Source: Malacoraja senta (taxonomy: Eukaryota). Taken from it: 64,000 bases of DNA. The notes under the pieces are model-generated. The model saw only the letters and a program-made list of their open reading frames with translations. It did no database searches and was not told the DNA's origin. Each line of letters opens with the position of its first letter. Position 1 is the first letter of the stretch. Of the stretch, positions 63,660-64,000 are shown piece by piece. The position numbers were made by a program, and so were the translations under genes. The DNA lies in the NCBI GenBank assembly GCA_038087875.1, contig JAXLNO010000062.1, positions 186,001-250,000 on the forward strand. Reading direction: 5' to 3'.

Positions 63660-64000
63660 TGTGTGGGTTTAAACTAAATAGTGGGGGGGGGAGGGGGGTT
63701 GACAAATTGGGAGTATAAAGATAGAGTTGAAGGGGAAGTGAGTACAGGAAAAATTACAAAAGATTCTCGAAGTAATGGGAAGGAAAGTTCGAGAAGGGAT
63801 AAAAGAGTAAGGTCAGGGCTAATTGTGGGCGGTGCGAGGGGGGACGTGAATCCGGAGGTCAAAGTGTTGTATATGAATGCGCGAAGTATAAGAAATAAAG
63901 TGAAAGAGCTTGAGGCTCAGTTAGAAATTGGCATGTATGATGTTGTGGGAATTACAGAGCCATGGCTGCAAGAGGGCCAGGGCTGGGAACGGAATATTCA
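63660..64000 (+). mobile_element. CR1 LINE, start of the ORF2 endonuclease (runs off the window)
   Basis: VKVLYMNARSIRNKVKELEAQLEIGMYDVVGITE.WL. Confidence 0.85.

Overview
This is vertebrate nuclear DNA, most likely from an elasmobranch such as a skate or ray. That assignment is inferred from HE1/V-SINE-type SINEs and the CR1, Rex1 and Penelope landscape. No intact host gene is visible. About half the window (6051-37463) is a head-to-tail triplication of a ~9.37-kb mosaic unit; copy 2 alone carries a young 5'-truncated L1 with an open ORF2 and a 162-bp retroposed insert. Each unit contains a CpG-rich exon-like segment, Penelope-like fragments with minimal hammerhead ribozyme cores, a spliced SWIM-zinc-finger transposon gene and part of a foamy-virus-like pol. 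In copy 3 and its flank the pol can be read through RT thumb, tether, RNase H and integrase (36740-38715, minus strand). The CpG-rich segment sits inside a hAT-like element with a 6-bp TSD that begins upstream of the array. The rest of the window holds a Helitron, CR1, hAT/Buster, BEL/Pao, MITEs, two near-full-length Rex1/Babar LINEs and a four-exon kelch-repeat pseudogene with three frameshifts. Family assignments come from motif recognition only; no searches were run.
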